64,000 bases of DNA from Emiliania huxleyi CCMP1516 (lineage: Eukaryota): assembly GCF_000372725.1 (NCBI RefSeq), contig NW_005201338.1:290041-354040 (forward strand). Reading direction: 5' to 3'. Position numbers and translations under genes: made by a program. Positions 30,894 to 42,176 of the stretch are shown here, piece after piece (positions within the stretch are counted from its first letter, which is position 1; every line of letters starts with the position of its first letter). The notes below the pieces were generated by a model, which worked only from the letters and a program-made list of their open reading frames with translations, was not told where the DNA came from and made no database searches.

Positions 30894-33053
30894 ATGCAGG
30901 CGGTCCGTGAGCGCTTGACGGTGGCGGTCCGCGCCCGTTCGGTGAGCAACCCGGACCACATTCAGATCCGCCCCGCGAGCAGCACCGTCCGGGTGGTGCT
31001 GCCGCCAGAGCTCGCGAGCGCAAGGTCCGACAACCAGAGGTCGTCGTGGGAGTGGACATACGATCACGTCTTTGGTGGCGAGTCGAGCCAGGAGAAGATC
31101 TTTGACGAGACCGTCGCACCGGTGGTGGACGCCGTGCTCCGCGGCTACAATGGCACGGTGCTCTGCTTTGGACAGACGGGAAGCGGCAAGACGTACACGC
31201 ACACTGGCTCAATGAGTCAGTTTGCACAGCGCGGCGTCGCGCCTCGCGCCATCGCCCGCGTGTTCAGCCACGCAGCTAGCCAGCCCCAGTACGAAACCTT
31301 GGTGACCGCCTCGTACCTTGAGATCTACAACGACACCCTCGTCGACTTGCTGACGGAGCTTCCGGGGCCGGGGCCCGAATCGCTCTCGCTGGTCGATTGC
31401 GAGTCCAGCACAACTGTGCGCGGCCTCCGCGCCGTGGCGGTCGCGGACGAGGCGGCGGCGCTCGAAGTGCTCTTTACCGGTGAAAGACGGCGCTCTGTCT
31501 CCTGCCACCAGCTCAACGACCGCTCCTCGAGAGGGCACGCAGTCTTCACGTTGTCGATGGAGTTCCGCTCGCGCGTCGAGTCGAGCGGGCGCGTCACGCG
31601 CGCAAAGTTGGTCTTCGTCGACCTGGCCGGCTCCGAACGGCTGAAGAAGACACAGACGTCCGGCTGCCTGCGCGGGGAGTCGGTCTACATCAACCAGTCC
31701 CTCACCCACCTCGACCAAGTGGTCGTGGCGGCGGCCGTCTCGCGGGGCCACGTGCCTTACCGGAGGTCAAAGCTCACCCACCTTCTCAGGGACGCCATCG
31801 GCGGCAACTCAAAGACGCTGCTGATTGCAAACATGAGCGGCCAGGCGGCGCATCTCGAGGAGACCATCGCGACGCTCGAATTCGCCGCCCGCGCGCGCGC
31901 AGTCGTCAACAGCGCCTCGGTCGTGGAGGAGCTCGGGCCGGCGGCGCTGTTGCAAAAGTACCAGCGGGAGGTGTCGGACCTCAAGCGGGAGCTCGCGATG
32001 CGCGACTCCCTCGCGGACCGGCCCCGCGCATCGCACACGCCGCTGACCGCCACGCAGCGCACCGAGATGGAAGAGCGCGTCCGCGCCTACCTGGAGGGCC
32101 GCGGAGAGCTGCAAGCAAAGTCCATCCGCGACTTTGACGAGATGCTCCTCGCCGCACGCTCGCTCTACGGCGCGAGCTCGAGCCGGCTGGAGGAGTTGCA
32201 GCAGAAGCTGGCCGCCGACGGGTCGGCAGACCACGCGCCAGCCTCGGCCGAGCCGCAGGTCGAAGATCGCGCGGGGGTCGGCACGGACGACGGCAAGTTG
32301 GAGGCAGGAGGCGGCATCTCGGTCGGGCTCGCCCAGGACGACGCTGTGCCAGCCGGCGGCATCGTCGGCGTCCCACGGGAAGCCTTTGTGGCCGCCGGGG
32401 AGGCGCGAGCGTCGCTAGCGACGGACTCGCGCGAGCTGCAGGCTGGGTGGCAAGAGGAGCCGCCCGCCTTTGATTCTTACAAGGAGGGGCCGGGCCTGCT
32501 GATCCAAGAGGCGCTTAGCGCGGCGAGGGAGGAGGTGCGCATCTTGAAGCGGCAGCACAGGTCCCTGGCGGCCGCAGTGAATGAGGCCAAGGCAGAGATC
32601 GATCGGTGCCGCGAGGGCAGCAAGGCGAAGGCGGAGGCGCGGACACGAGCAGGCGCGGCCTCGATCAGTGCAGATGGCACGCTCATAATCGACGAGGAGG
32701 AGTACGCCCTCCTCCAGCGCCTGCGCGAGGCGAAGGCGCGATACCGCGAACAGTACGAGAGGCTCACGGCGATGGCCACCCGCCTAAAGGCAAAGGCTGA
32801 CGAGGAGACGGCTCTACGGCAGGAAGCGCTGGCGCGGTACGAGGGCTGGCGGGGCACGAGCTTGACCCAACCTCCAGAGACGGCGCCGGTGCCGGTCTCG
32901 AACGGTCTTGCAGCGGGCGACGAGGAGGCACTGTTCGAAAAACTGCAGCTGGAGCGGATCCTGGCGGAGGCTCCAGATTCGCTCGCTTTTGTGAGGGCGT
33001 CCAGAGCGGCGTCGTTGTCGCGGCCGGCGACGCGTGGCGGGGCCAGGCGATAG
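30894..33053 (+). CDS. Kinesin-9 family motor (KIF9/KIF6-like)
   Basis: GQTGSGKT, SSRGH, DLAGSER, HVPYRRSKLTHLL; tail LKRELAMRDSL and IIDEEEY typical of kinesin-9. Confidence 0.88.
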   Translation: MQAVRERLTVAVRARSVSNPDHIQIRPASSTVRVVLPPELASARSDNQRSSWEWTYDHVFGGESSQEKIFDETVAPVVDAVLRGYNGTVLCFGQTGSGKTYTHTGSMSQFAQRGVAPRAIARVFSHAASQPQYETLVTASYLEIYNDTLVDLLTELPGPGPESLSLVDCESSTTVRGLRAVAVADEAAALEVLFTGERRRSVSCHQLNDRSSRGHAVFTLSMEFRSRVESSGRVTRAKLVFVDLAGSERLKKTQTSGCLRGESVYINQSLTHLDQVVVAAAVSRGHVPYRRSKLTHLLRDAIGGNSKTLLIANMSGQAAHLEETIATLEFAARARAVVNSASVVEELGPAALLQKYQREVSDLKRELAMRDSLADRPRASHTPLTATQRTEMEERVRAYLEGRGELQAKSIRDFDEMLLAARSLYGASSSRLEELQQKLAADGSADHAPASAEPQVEDRAGVGTDDGKLEAGGGISVGLAQDDAVPAGGIVGVPREAFVAAGEARASLATDSRELQAGWQEEPPAFDSYKEGPGLLIQEALSAAREEVRILKRQHRSLAAAVNEAKAEIDRCREGSKAKAEARTRAGAASISADGTLIIDEEEYALLQRLREAKARYREQYERLTAMATRLKAKADEETALRQEALARYEGWRGTSLTQPPETAPVPVSNGLAAGDEEALFEKLQLERILAEAPDSLAFVRASRAASLSRPATRGGARR

Positions 33054-33794
33054 GGGGGTTGGATTAGCGTGGGGACCTGCGCGTCTGAGGTGTAAACACA
33101 CTGTGCACATGACGACGCGGCTGCTTTTTTTCTTCTCGGCGGATTTACTCCGGTGCGCGCTCCGCGCGGTGGCCGGGGGGGGCGCGGGACCGCCAAGTTC
33201 GCGCCCGTGTTCCCATGTCGCATAAATATATGTGAGCCCGGCATGGGGGGAACATCTCCCACTACCCACTTTTCCTACTTTCTACGCTACTACAAGTATT
33301 AAAATGTGCATGACTTTTAACATCTGCGGGTGAGGGCGCCCGAGCCCCGCTGCTATTCACTCAGCACATGTGCTTGACCGCTGCGGCGGCCCGGCGGTGC
33401 CGGTTCGCGGCGCGCAGGCGGCGGCGCGGCGGCCATGCCGGCCCGCGCCGCCCTCGCGGGCACGGGGGCGCGCTCCGCACGCTGCCCGAAGGCCCCGATA
33501 CCCTTAAGCCCAGTGTCACTGTGATGTGTGTGCAGTAGTGTGGGCGGGGTGCGTGTGTGTGTGAGTGTGTGTGAAGATGTGAAGTGACAAGAGTGTATCG
33601 TGTTATGTCACCTTTTACCTTTTTTCCACTATAGAGGGTAGAGCAGCCCAGGCGGGCCAGACGACAGAGAGGCGGCGCCGCTCGGAGCTAAGCAGACCGG
33701 TGTACATGGACGCGGCGGTGGCTCAATCGCTCTGAGCGCACACAGCGGCGCCAGTGCCGCGCCCCCGTGAACTGCACGGTGCGCAGCCGCGGAG

Positions 33795-34245
33795 CTACGG
33801 CCCCTTGCGGTAGAAGAAGACCTCCTGCTGCTTAAAGTACCTGCGGTCCTCCTCGTCCACCAGAACCAGATTGAGGAAGTAGCGCACCGAGAATTTGTTG
33901 TTGACGTTGCGGAACGTGGGCGTCAGCTGGTCGAAGCCGGAAAGAAAGAGGCGGATCGGGATCGCCTCGCCGCGCACAGGTGCGCCGTCCATGATCTCAT
34001 ACCTGCAACGGGGCGCCAGACGCCAGTTGGGCACCAGAGGACGGAGGACCGAGGACGGAGGAGGAGGAGCGAGGCGCGAGGCGCGAGGCGGGCGCGGCAC
34101 TTTGCGACGGTGTCCGACTCGGTGTAGGCGTTCGCGCCGACGCCCGACGACTCGCGCTTGATGATGGCGAGCTCCATGTGCCTGCAGCATCAAGGCATCC
34201 GTCAGCATGAAGGCGTCCGTCCGCCCCCTGGCGACTTTGGGCGCT

Positions 34246-34284
<39 letters not shown>

Positions 34285-35361
34285 GCACGCGCGCGCGCGT
34301 GGCTGCCAGGCCAATCCGTGCGAGAGGAAGTGCGTCGGAAGTGTCTCGGAGGTGTCCGTCGGGAGGGTGCGTGGCAGCACTTGATCCGTATCCGCACGAG
34401 GAGGAAGAAGATTTTGCCGAGGACGACCTCGCGCAAGTGGTAGCGGGACTTGTTGTACTCAAACTCAATGTGCAGGCAGTCCTCAATCCCAACCTGCTCC
34501 AGGTCCAATTGTAACTGAGGAGAGATGAAAGCCCGCGCCCGGCCCGCGAGCCACGGGGATCGGCGGCGGCACGTGCTGCCGAGGCTGGGTGCGAGGCGCG
34601 CGAGCGACTCGCGGGCGCGCCTCCATCTTGATGGCGTTGTTGCTCTCCGACTCGTCCACGGGCGTGGTCGTGTACACGCGGAACGTCTCCTCGTGCACCG
34701 CCTTTGCGCCATACGCCTTAGCGACGGTCAGCCGCAAAAAGTAGCGCAGCCGCATGTGGATGCCGTCGTACGACTCGTACCTGCGCGGCGGGTGGTGGTG
34801 CGGAGCGGGTGGAGTGGGTGCGGCAGCCTCCGGGGCGGCGGGGCACGGGGCGGGAGAGGGTTTGCGGGCGACGCGTCGCGGCGGCGGCGGATCCTCACGG
34901 CTTCTCGACGTCGGCAAACTCAAACGGGAACTCGGCCCGCCCCAGTAACTCGCCCGGCTCCGCCTGTGGACCCGGCGGAGTACGCGCCCATCGGCGCACG
35001 GACGCGGCGCGGGGCGGCGACTGGGCGGCGGTGGCAGCAGCAGCACGGGCAGAGGCACACGCGAGGCGCGCACCAGCTCCCTCACGAGCGAGGTGAACTC
35101 GGTGACCGTGCGGTCGAGCACCGACTCGATCTGGCCGATGAGCTCGAGGCGGATGCCCTGGTGCTCGATGCGCCGACCGCTCGGCGAGTCGACGTGCACG
35201 GTGCCGGAGATGGTGTCCTCCGGTCCAAACAGCAGCTGCTCTGCGTCGCGCTCGCCCACCCGCACCGTGACGGAGCGGCGAGAGTCGGCGTCGCCAAACC
35301 GCACCCCCATCTTGATACTCTCGCCGAAAAGCTCGGCAGCGCCCTTTCTGAGCGCCTTCAT
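33795..35361 (-). CDS. VPS26: Retromer subunit VPS26, 6 exons
   Basis: Exons 35361-35074, 34963-34899, 34780-34621, 34493-34381, 34181-34101, 34002-33795; IEHQGIRLELIGQIE, IKME|VGIEDCLHIEFEYNK, YEIMDGAPVRGE, DEEDRRYFKQQE. Confidence 0.95.
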
Positions 35362-35512
35362 GCTGCACAGTGCCACCGACGCCGAGTCGGGCAAGCAAAG
35401 GAGAAACGTGTCGGGCCCTGAGTGACGATGTCGTGAGAGTGTACGTCGTGCTTGTGTCTGGTGTTTACTAGCTCCGAGTAGAGGGGGCGTTCCGCCGCTA
35501 GGGGACACCCAA

Positions 35513-35705
35513 AGCGCAGAACTAACCCTCGGAGACCCGTGTTGACTTTACGGCCCTCTCCCTGCGAACGCGCACCCCCCTTAGCTAGGGGTCAGGGCTC
35601 TCTAGCCCGTAGCCCGATACCGATCATCCGGCTCGCTGGGTGCGCTTCTCAGCTCCCCGGCCCTGGATGTGAGGTTAATGACTGCACTCCAAGTGCTCCA
35701 AGTGC
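35513..35705 (+). mobile_element. Repeat family B copy
   Basis: Matches 19218-19412. Confidence 0.8.
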
Positions 35706-36266
35706 CTCGCGGCGCTCTAGCCCGCTCCCCGCCGGCAGCGCGAGCTGCCGGCCACATTGAGCGGTTCGTCCGCGTCGCGCACTCGTCCCAACCGGGGGCC
35801 GCTGACTCGTTCTGCGCGCCAACGGCTGGTGACGCTGTGTTGCCCTTGAGCTAGTCCTTCCCCGGTCGCCTAGCCTCTGCGCTGTCTGGCGGACGCCTGT
35901 ATGCCATGCGCGCGGACCACGCTTGCGTGGATTTGTGGCTGGCAGGCTGACCCGTGTGCGGGGTAACCCGCGCGCGGGGAAGCTTCACGGGTTCGAGTCG
36001 TCAAACATTGAGCAGCGGAGGTGTGCCGAGGGGGACCGGGAGGCGGTAAGTCGTCGTCGCCCGGCGCTGCTTGCAGCACCATGACGAGGGCGCTAAGAGG
36101 TTCCTCTTTTCCGCGCCCCCCCCGCAAGGCGCGCGATACACCCGTCCCCGACCATCCCGCCCGCCCGATGCTGCTTCTTAGCTCCCTGGCCCTGGGTGTG
36201 AGGCCACGAGTAATGACTGCACTCCAAGTGCTCCAAGATCATGGGGATGTGTGTCCTGTGTGCTTA

Positions 36267-36744
36267 GGGGACCCCTAGGGTTCTGAGGGCCGGATTTTTT
36301 TAAGACCTTTTAAGAAACGAGGAGGTTTGGGGGCTTAACTTGCCATTTAAGAGATTGCAGGCACGGGGGGTCCCTCTTTTAAGACCGTTTAAGAAAATCG
36401 GCCTCGCCGGCATGCGTCGCTGGGTTCCGCGCCGTTTTCTCCAATACTGCCGTTATTAGGCACAAACCCGCCTCTGAAGACACATCTGTAAGTCTGGTGC
36501 ACTGGCAGGAGCCATACTCGCATAGGGGACGCGTGCTAGCTGACTGTAGCCAGCTCCCTGGCCTCCGGCGTCTACCGGGAGCCTCCCGGACCATCGACCT
36601 CGGGAGCTCTCCCGCACCGTTTAAGCGTTTAAGACCGTTTAAGGAATTGGCGGCCCAGCAGCTCTTAAAACTTGCCATGGCAAGTTTTAAGCCGTTTAAG
36701 CCGCAGGCGCTCCAGGGCCCACCCTTTTAAGCCTTGGGGTCCCC
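36267..36744. mobile_element. MITE with GGGGACCCC TIRs, TA flanks and internal TTAAG-rich subrepeats
   Basis: ta|ggggacccctagg ... ccttggggtcccc|ta. Confidence 0.65.
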
Positions 36745-36943
36745 TAAGCCTGTGTGTGCTATGCTGCGTGCTTGCTGGCTAGCTGGGTGTGTGTGTGTGT
36801 GTGTGTGTGTCGCTCCATCCAGCGAGCGAGCGAGCGTGCCGTCATCTCCTCTGTCCCGCGTCCTCACCCATACCGCGCTGGTGTCCAGTCCGAGCCCGGT
36901 TCTTGAGCACTTGAGCACTGGATAGGGTCGATTCCTGAGCCCT

Positions 36944-37153
36944 GGCTGTTAGGCTGTCAGGTGCTGTCAGGTGATCTGTCGGGCTGTCGGGCACTGTCAG
37001 GCACTGTCAGGTGCCTCTGTCAGACCAGCTGTCAGGTACTGTCAGTGCTGTCGGGTGCTGTCGGGTGCGTGTCTGACATCAGAGGTGCTCTGTAGCTGTC
37101 GGGTGCTGTCGGAGCTGTCGGGTGTTGCTGTCAGACGCTGTCGGAGCTGTCAG
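36944..37153. repeat. Degenerate ~10-bp tandem (gtgctgtcag/gg)
   Basis: Directly visible. Confidence 0.8.
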
Positions 37154-37666
37154 TTCCCGCTGGGCGGCCGGACAAAGATGGTGTGCGCCGAGGAGGCGGT
37201 CTTCTCCGGCAACGCCAAGGTGTGAAACGACCAGGCCGGGACGGTTCTTGATGACGAGCTGCATGTGCTCCATCTGCAGCGACAGCCGGCAGAGCGACCG
37301 TTCGAGGCGCTCGAGGTCGGCGACGAGGCCGGCGTCGCGGAGATCGCGAATGTGCATGTCGCGCTTTTCCCTGTGCTGGAAGTCGATCTTTTGCTCCAGG
37401 TTCCGAATCTGAAGCTGCAAAGCCTGCAGGTCGGCGGAGGCTGCGCCATGCTGGACCAACTGCCGGAGTTGGACGCAAGAAGAAAACGCGGCACTTCCTC
37501 CCTTGGCGCTTGGGTTATCGGCTCCTACAATGGGGCCTTTTCATCGCAGCGCAAATCGATCGCAGCGAACTCGCCGTCTGAGCCTAGCGCAGCGCGAACT
37601 CGCTCTGAGCCTAGCGCAGCGCCTCGGAAAACACCATTTCCGCCAACAAGCCATCCGCGCCCCCAC

Positions 37667-38170
37667 CTGAGGGAGGGTGTAGAGGATGTAGAGTGTAGAG
37701 CGCTGTAGAGCTGTAGAGATGTAGAGCGCTCTGGAGCGCTGTAGAGCTGTAGATCTCTACATCCGGCGCGGGACGGACTGCCTGCGTTGTTGAGCGCATG
37801 TAGAGCGCATGTAGAGCGCGATTTACTTAGTGATTTCACTGTCAGAGGCTTTGCGTCACAAGAGTGCACACGAACTTGTCGANNNNNNNNNNNNNNNNNN
37901 NNNNNNNNNNNNNNNNNNNNNNNNNNNNNNNNNNNNNNNNNNNNNNNNNNNNNNNNNNNNNNNNNNNNNNNNNNNNNNNNNNGCATGTAGAGCGCATGTA
38001 GAGCGCGATTTAGTTAGTGATTTCACTGTGAATTCGCGGTCTACATCGCTCTACAACGCAGGCAGTCCGTCCCGCGCCGGACGTAGAGCTCTACAGCTCT
38101 ACAGCGCTCTACAGCTCTACAGCTCTACAGCGCTCTACATTCTACATCCTCTGCACCCTCCCTCAGTCAG
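37667..38170. mobile_element. Foldback MITE with 8-bp flanking direct repeat (hAT-like), spanning an N gap
   Basis: Long imperfect TIRs ctgagggagggtgtagaggatgtagag.../...ctacatcctctgcaccctccctcag; GCCCCCAC at 37659-37666 and 38171-38178. Confidence 0.75.
37883..37982. other. Assembly gap (100 N)
   Basis: N run; other gaps at 48825-48924 and 61970-62075. Confidence 1.
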
Positions 38171-38427
38171 GCCCCCACACCCCAGGATAATACTTTTTCT
38201 CCCAATACTGCAACAACACTCTCTCCCAATAATACTGCCGTTATTAGGCTCAAACCGCCTCTGAGAACATATATGTAAGTCTGGTGCACTGACTGGCCAT
38301 ACTCGCATACCGGCCTCCGGCGTCTACCGAACAAGTCGTGAGTACCGGGGTGTGAAGGGCAGGCGAGTCATGGCGCGCGCGCTGTGCAGCAACGCAGCAG
38401 CCGCAGAGCAGTGATCAGATACGGCAC

Positions 38428-41400
38428 ATGGCGGAGGCCGAGTCGGACGACTCTCGCCACCGTGCCAAGGTGTACTGCCTCAACAGCAACGGCCAGTGGG
38501 ACGATCGGGGGACCGGCCACGCGGCAGTGCAATACTCGCCGGTACGCACACTCTCACCTAGGGGGGATCCAGGGCGCGGGGTCGCTGCCGCGAGTCGGCT
38601 CCTGGCTGTGCTCGTCGGTCGCGCGCGAGTCGGCTCCTGGCTGTGCTCGTCGGCCGCGGCGGCCGGCGCAGCGATCCTGGCTCACGCTCGCCGCTCTCGC
38701 GCGCAGGAGGACGAGGCGGCCTTTGTCGTCGTCGTCAGCGAGGATGACGGCAGCCAGGTGCTGCTGCAGGCGCGGGTGCACATGGAGGACATCTACCAGC
38801 GGCAGCAAGGCGCGGCCCTCTCGTGCCGGCGCCGGCGCACCCTCCCCCTATGCACCGACCGCGTGCCCTCTGCCTGCGCCGCAGAGACGATTGTCTCCTG
38901 GAACGAGCCAGAGACGGGCGTGGACTACGCGCTGAGCTTTCAAGACGTGCGCGCGTCACCGGATGCCTCCTCGCGCACAGCCACGCTCAGCGCCTGGCCC
39001 ATAGACTCGCTCGCTCTCGGCGCCGGCCCGTTGATCACGTGCGGTGCCCGTAAATCAGGCGGAGGGTTGCACGGACCTCTGGGAGCAAATCTGCTCGCTG
39101 CAGGGCCGTGAGCCGGACGGCGCGGGCGGCACGAGCGACGCCGAAGGGGCGAGCAGCACGGCGGGCAGCGCCGGCGCCGACACAGCGCTGCAGCTGCCGG
39201 CTGCCGAGCTGCGCAATGTCGCAGCAATCGCCGACCTTCTAAGCGAGGTGGCGCGCGCCCCGCCGCTGCCTCGCTCTGCGCGCGCGGGTGGCCGAGAGCT
39301 CAGCACTCACCGACGAGGACTCACCGACGGGGGGAGGGTGGGCGGCAGAAGCGGCGTGGGGGGGGGGGCGAGGGGCCCCCGTCGCCCCGCGCTGTGCCCA
39401 GCTCGCGTGCGTTCGCGAGCTCGCGCTCGCGCAGGCCCTCTCCGGATCGCCTTTGCCCACCGCCACCGCCACTTGGCTCCCTCCGCCAGGTGCCGCCGTT
39501 CCGGCGAGCGCGCCTCGTTGAGTTGCTGCTGCAGTCGGACTACGTGCCGCAGCTGGTGCGCGTCTTCGGTGCCGCCGCCGCCGCCGCCCGCTCTCGGAGA
39601 CAGCGGCGCGCGGCGCCTCATCCCGACCGCCGCGTCGCAGGCGTGGCCGAGGACCTCGAGTGCACCGACGATCTGCATCACCTCTGTGCGCGCCGCCGCG
39701 CCCGCCGCCGCGCCCGCCCCGCTCCACGCCCCGCTCCACGCCGCTTGCGCACCGCCCGGGGGGTGAGGAGACATTGTTTCCCTGTTGGCATGACCCACTG
39801 GCTCTGCCACCCGTGATTCATCCAAACTAACCCAGCTCTCTGACCCTGCGCCGCTGGGCGCGGCTCGCGTGTTGCCGCCGCCGCGGCGACCCTGCCCTCT
39901 TGCTCCGCGTGTGCACCGCCCCTCCCGCCGCCCACCTCCCGCCCACTCGCTCCGCCCTCCGCAGCCGCCGTCACCCCCCCCCCCCCCCCTCTCGCTTCCG
40001 CAGACGGCGTCTTCAAGGGCCTCGTCCTGCTCAACGACGCTAGCCTCTACGAGCAGCTCCTGCGAGAGGACCTCGTGATGAGCGTCTTCGGCGCACTCGA
40101 GTACGACCCCGACCTGCACGTCGCCCGCGCCGAGCACCGCGCCTTCTTCCGCAGCCAGCAGCGCTTCAAGCAGGTCGTGCCAATCACGGACGAGGACGTG
40201 CTCAAGCGCATCCACCAGAACTACCACCTCAGCTTCCTCAAGGATGTCGTCCTGCCGCGCTCGCTCGACGACAACGCCTTTGCCGCCCTCAATCAGATCG
40301 CCTTCAGCAACAACATGCAGATCGTCTCGTCGCTCGCAAACGACGAGACCTTCCTGCAGTCGCTCCGCGACAAGCTCGCCGACCCCAGCCTCTCCTCCGA
40401 GGCGCTGCACGACGCGCTGCGGCTCCTGCAGGAGCTGACGACCATCGCCAAGCAGCTGCAGCTGTACAACCGCTCGACCTTCTACCGGAAGTTTGTCGAG
40501 CACGCGTGCTTCGCGCCGCTCGCCGCGGCGCTGCGGCGGCCCGAGCCCGAGATACGGCTCTGTGCGCTCGAGGCGCGTGCCCTCCCTCCCTGCCGGCCTC
40601 CGACCCTGCAGCGCCGCCCTCGCCACCCACCCCTTCGCCCACCCCACCCCGAACGACCACCCCGAACGACCACCCCGCGCCCGCCCGCCGCAAGGTGCTG
40701 CTCGCCTCGACGCAGCACGAGCCGGCGCTGCTGCGCACTTGCATCCTCTCGCAGCGGCCCGGCTACGAGCTCTGCCACGCGCTGATTGGCGTGCTCGTCT
40801 CGCCGGGCGGCACTGGCGAGAAGCCGCAGGCCTCGGAGGTGCTGCGCGCGCTGCTCGACCCAGACGCGATGGAGGGGCGCGAACGCGACGAGTTCCTCAA
40901 CCTGTTCTACGACGAGTTCGTGGACAAGATTGCGCAGCCCGTCGCCGGCAAGGTGTCCGCCGGCACGGGGCCGCTCAACGGGCCGACGAATGGGACGTCG
41001 GGTGCGCGCGGCGGCGAGGGAGGGGCGGGGAGCGCGGAGGGGGACGACCCGGCGGAGGAGGCGGCGGGCGACGTGCTCTCGGCGCGGCAGCACGTGTGCG
41101 AGCTGCTGTGCTTCTTTGTGACGCGGCACACGTACCGAATCAAGTACTTCATCCTGCGCAACAACGTGCTCTGCCGCGTGCTGCGGCTGGCAAAGGTACG
41201 CGACAAGGGGCTCGTGCTGGCGGCGATCCGGTTCTTCCGCACGTGCATCGGGCTGAAGGACGAGTTCTACAACCGGTACATCGTCAAGAACCGCTGCTTC
41301 GAGCCGGTGGTCGCGCAGCTGCTCGCCAACCTCGGCCGTGACAACCTGGTCCACTCGGCCATCCTCGAGCTGCTTGAGTTTGTGCGGCGCGAGAATGTGC

Positions 41401-42121
41401 GCTCGCTCGTAGCCCACCTGGCCGACGCGTACGGCGAGCGGTTCCGGACGCTCAAGCACGTTGAGGTCTTTGAGGGGCTGCTGCGGCGCGACGCGCAAAA
41501 CAACGACCCCGGCGCGATCGGCCCCGCCAAAGGGCCGGCGGCGGGCGGGCCGGGCGCGTCGAGCTGCGCGGTGGGCGCGCCGCCGGGCGGGCGGCGCGTC
41601 TTCGGGGGAGACGAGGAGGACGCGTACTTCAACGAGAGCGACGACGAGGAGGAGGCCGAGCCGTCCGCCGACGCGGTCGACGACCGCCAGTTCGTCCCGC
41701 GGCCGGTCCACGCCGCCGCCGATGACCGAATGGAGCGCGGCGCGTTTTCGCACGAGGCGCCGCCGCCGCGGCTCGTCCCGGGCGGCAGCCTGGCGCCGCG
41801 GCTGCCGGCGGTGCTCGAGATTGCGAGGAGAGGCGGCGCTTCGTCGCCGCCGCTCGTGCCGCCCGTCGGCTCGCCGCCGAACCGCTCGCCGCCGCAGCTG
41901 TCATCTGCGCCCCCGCTGGGGTCGCCGCCCGCGGCCAGCCCGGCCGTCGGCCCGCCGCTGCCGCCAGCCGTGCCGCCGCACGAGCGGCCGTGCGCCGCGG
42001 CCGGCACGGCGTCGCTCGTCCCCGCCTACGCCGACGAGGACGGCGCCGACGCGGAGCGGCCGGCCGACGCCGAGGTTCTGGCGAGGAAACGGCAGCGGCT
42101 CGACCCCTCGCCGGCGGAGGG

Positions 42122-42176
<55 letters not shown>
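38428..42176 (+). CDS. PPP4R3: Protein phosphatase 4 regulatory subunit 3 (SMEK/Psy2), multi-exon
   Basis: EVH1-like RAKVYCLNSNGQWDDRGTGH, YQRQQ|ETIVSW, ALSFQD|AEGC; GALEYDP, IHQNYHLSFLKDVVL, FFRTCIGLKDEFYNRYI, NLVHSAILELLEF; GC-AG intron 38810-38884. Confidence 0.93.

Noticed and set aside
37079..37459. 126-aa coiled-coil-like minus-strand ORF
   Set aside because: Lies between repeats, runs into a tandem array, no recognisable motif
37797..38030. Direct duplication on both sides of the 100-N gap
   Set aside because: Probably an unmerged contig overlap or haplotype artefact
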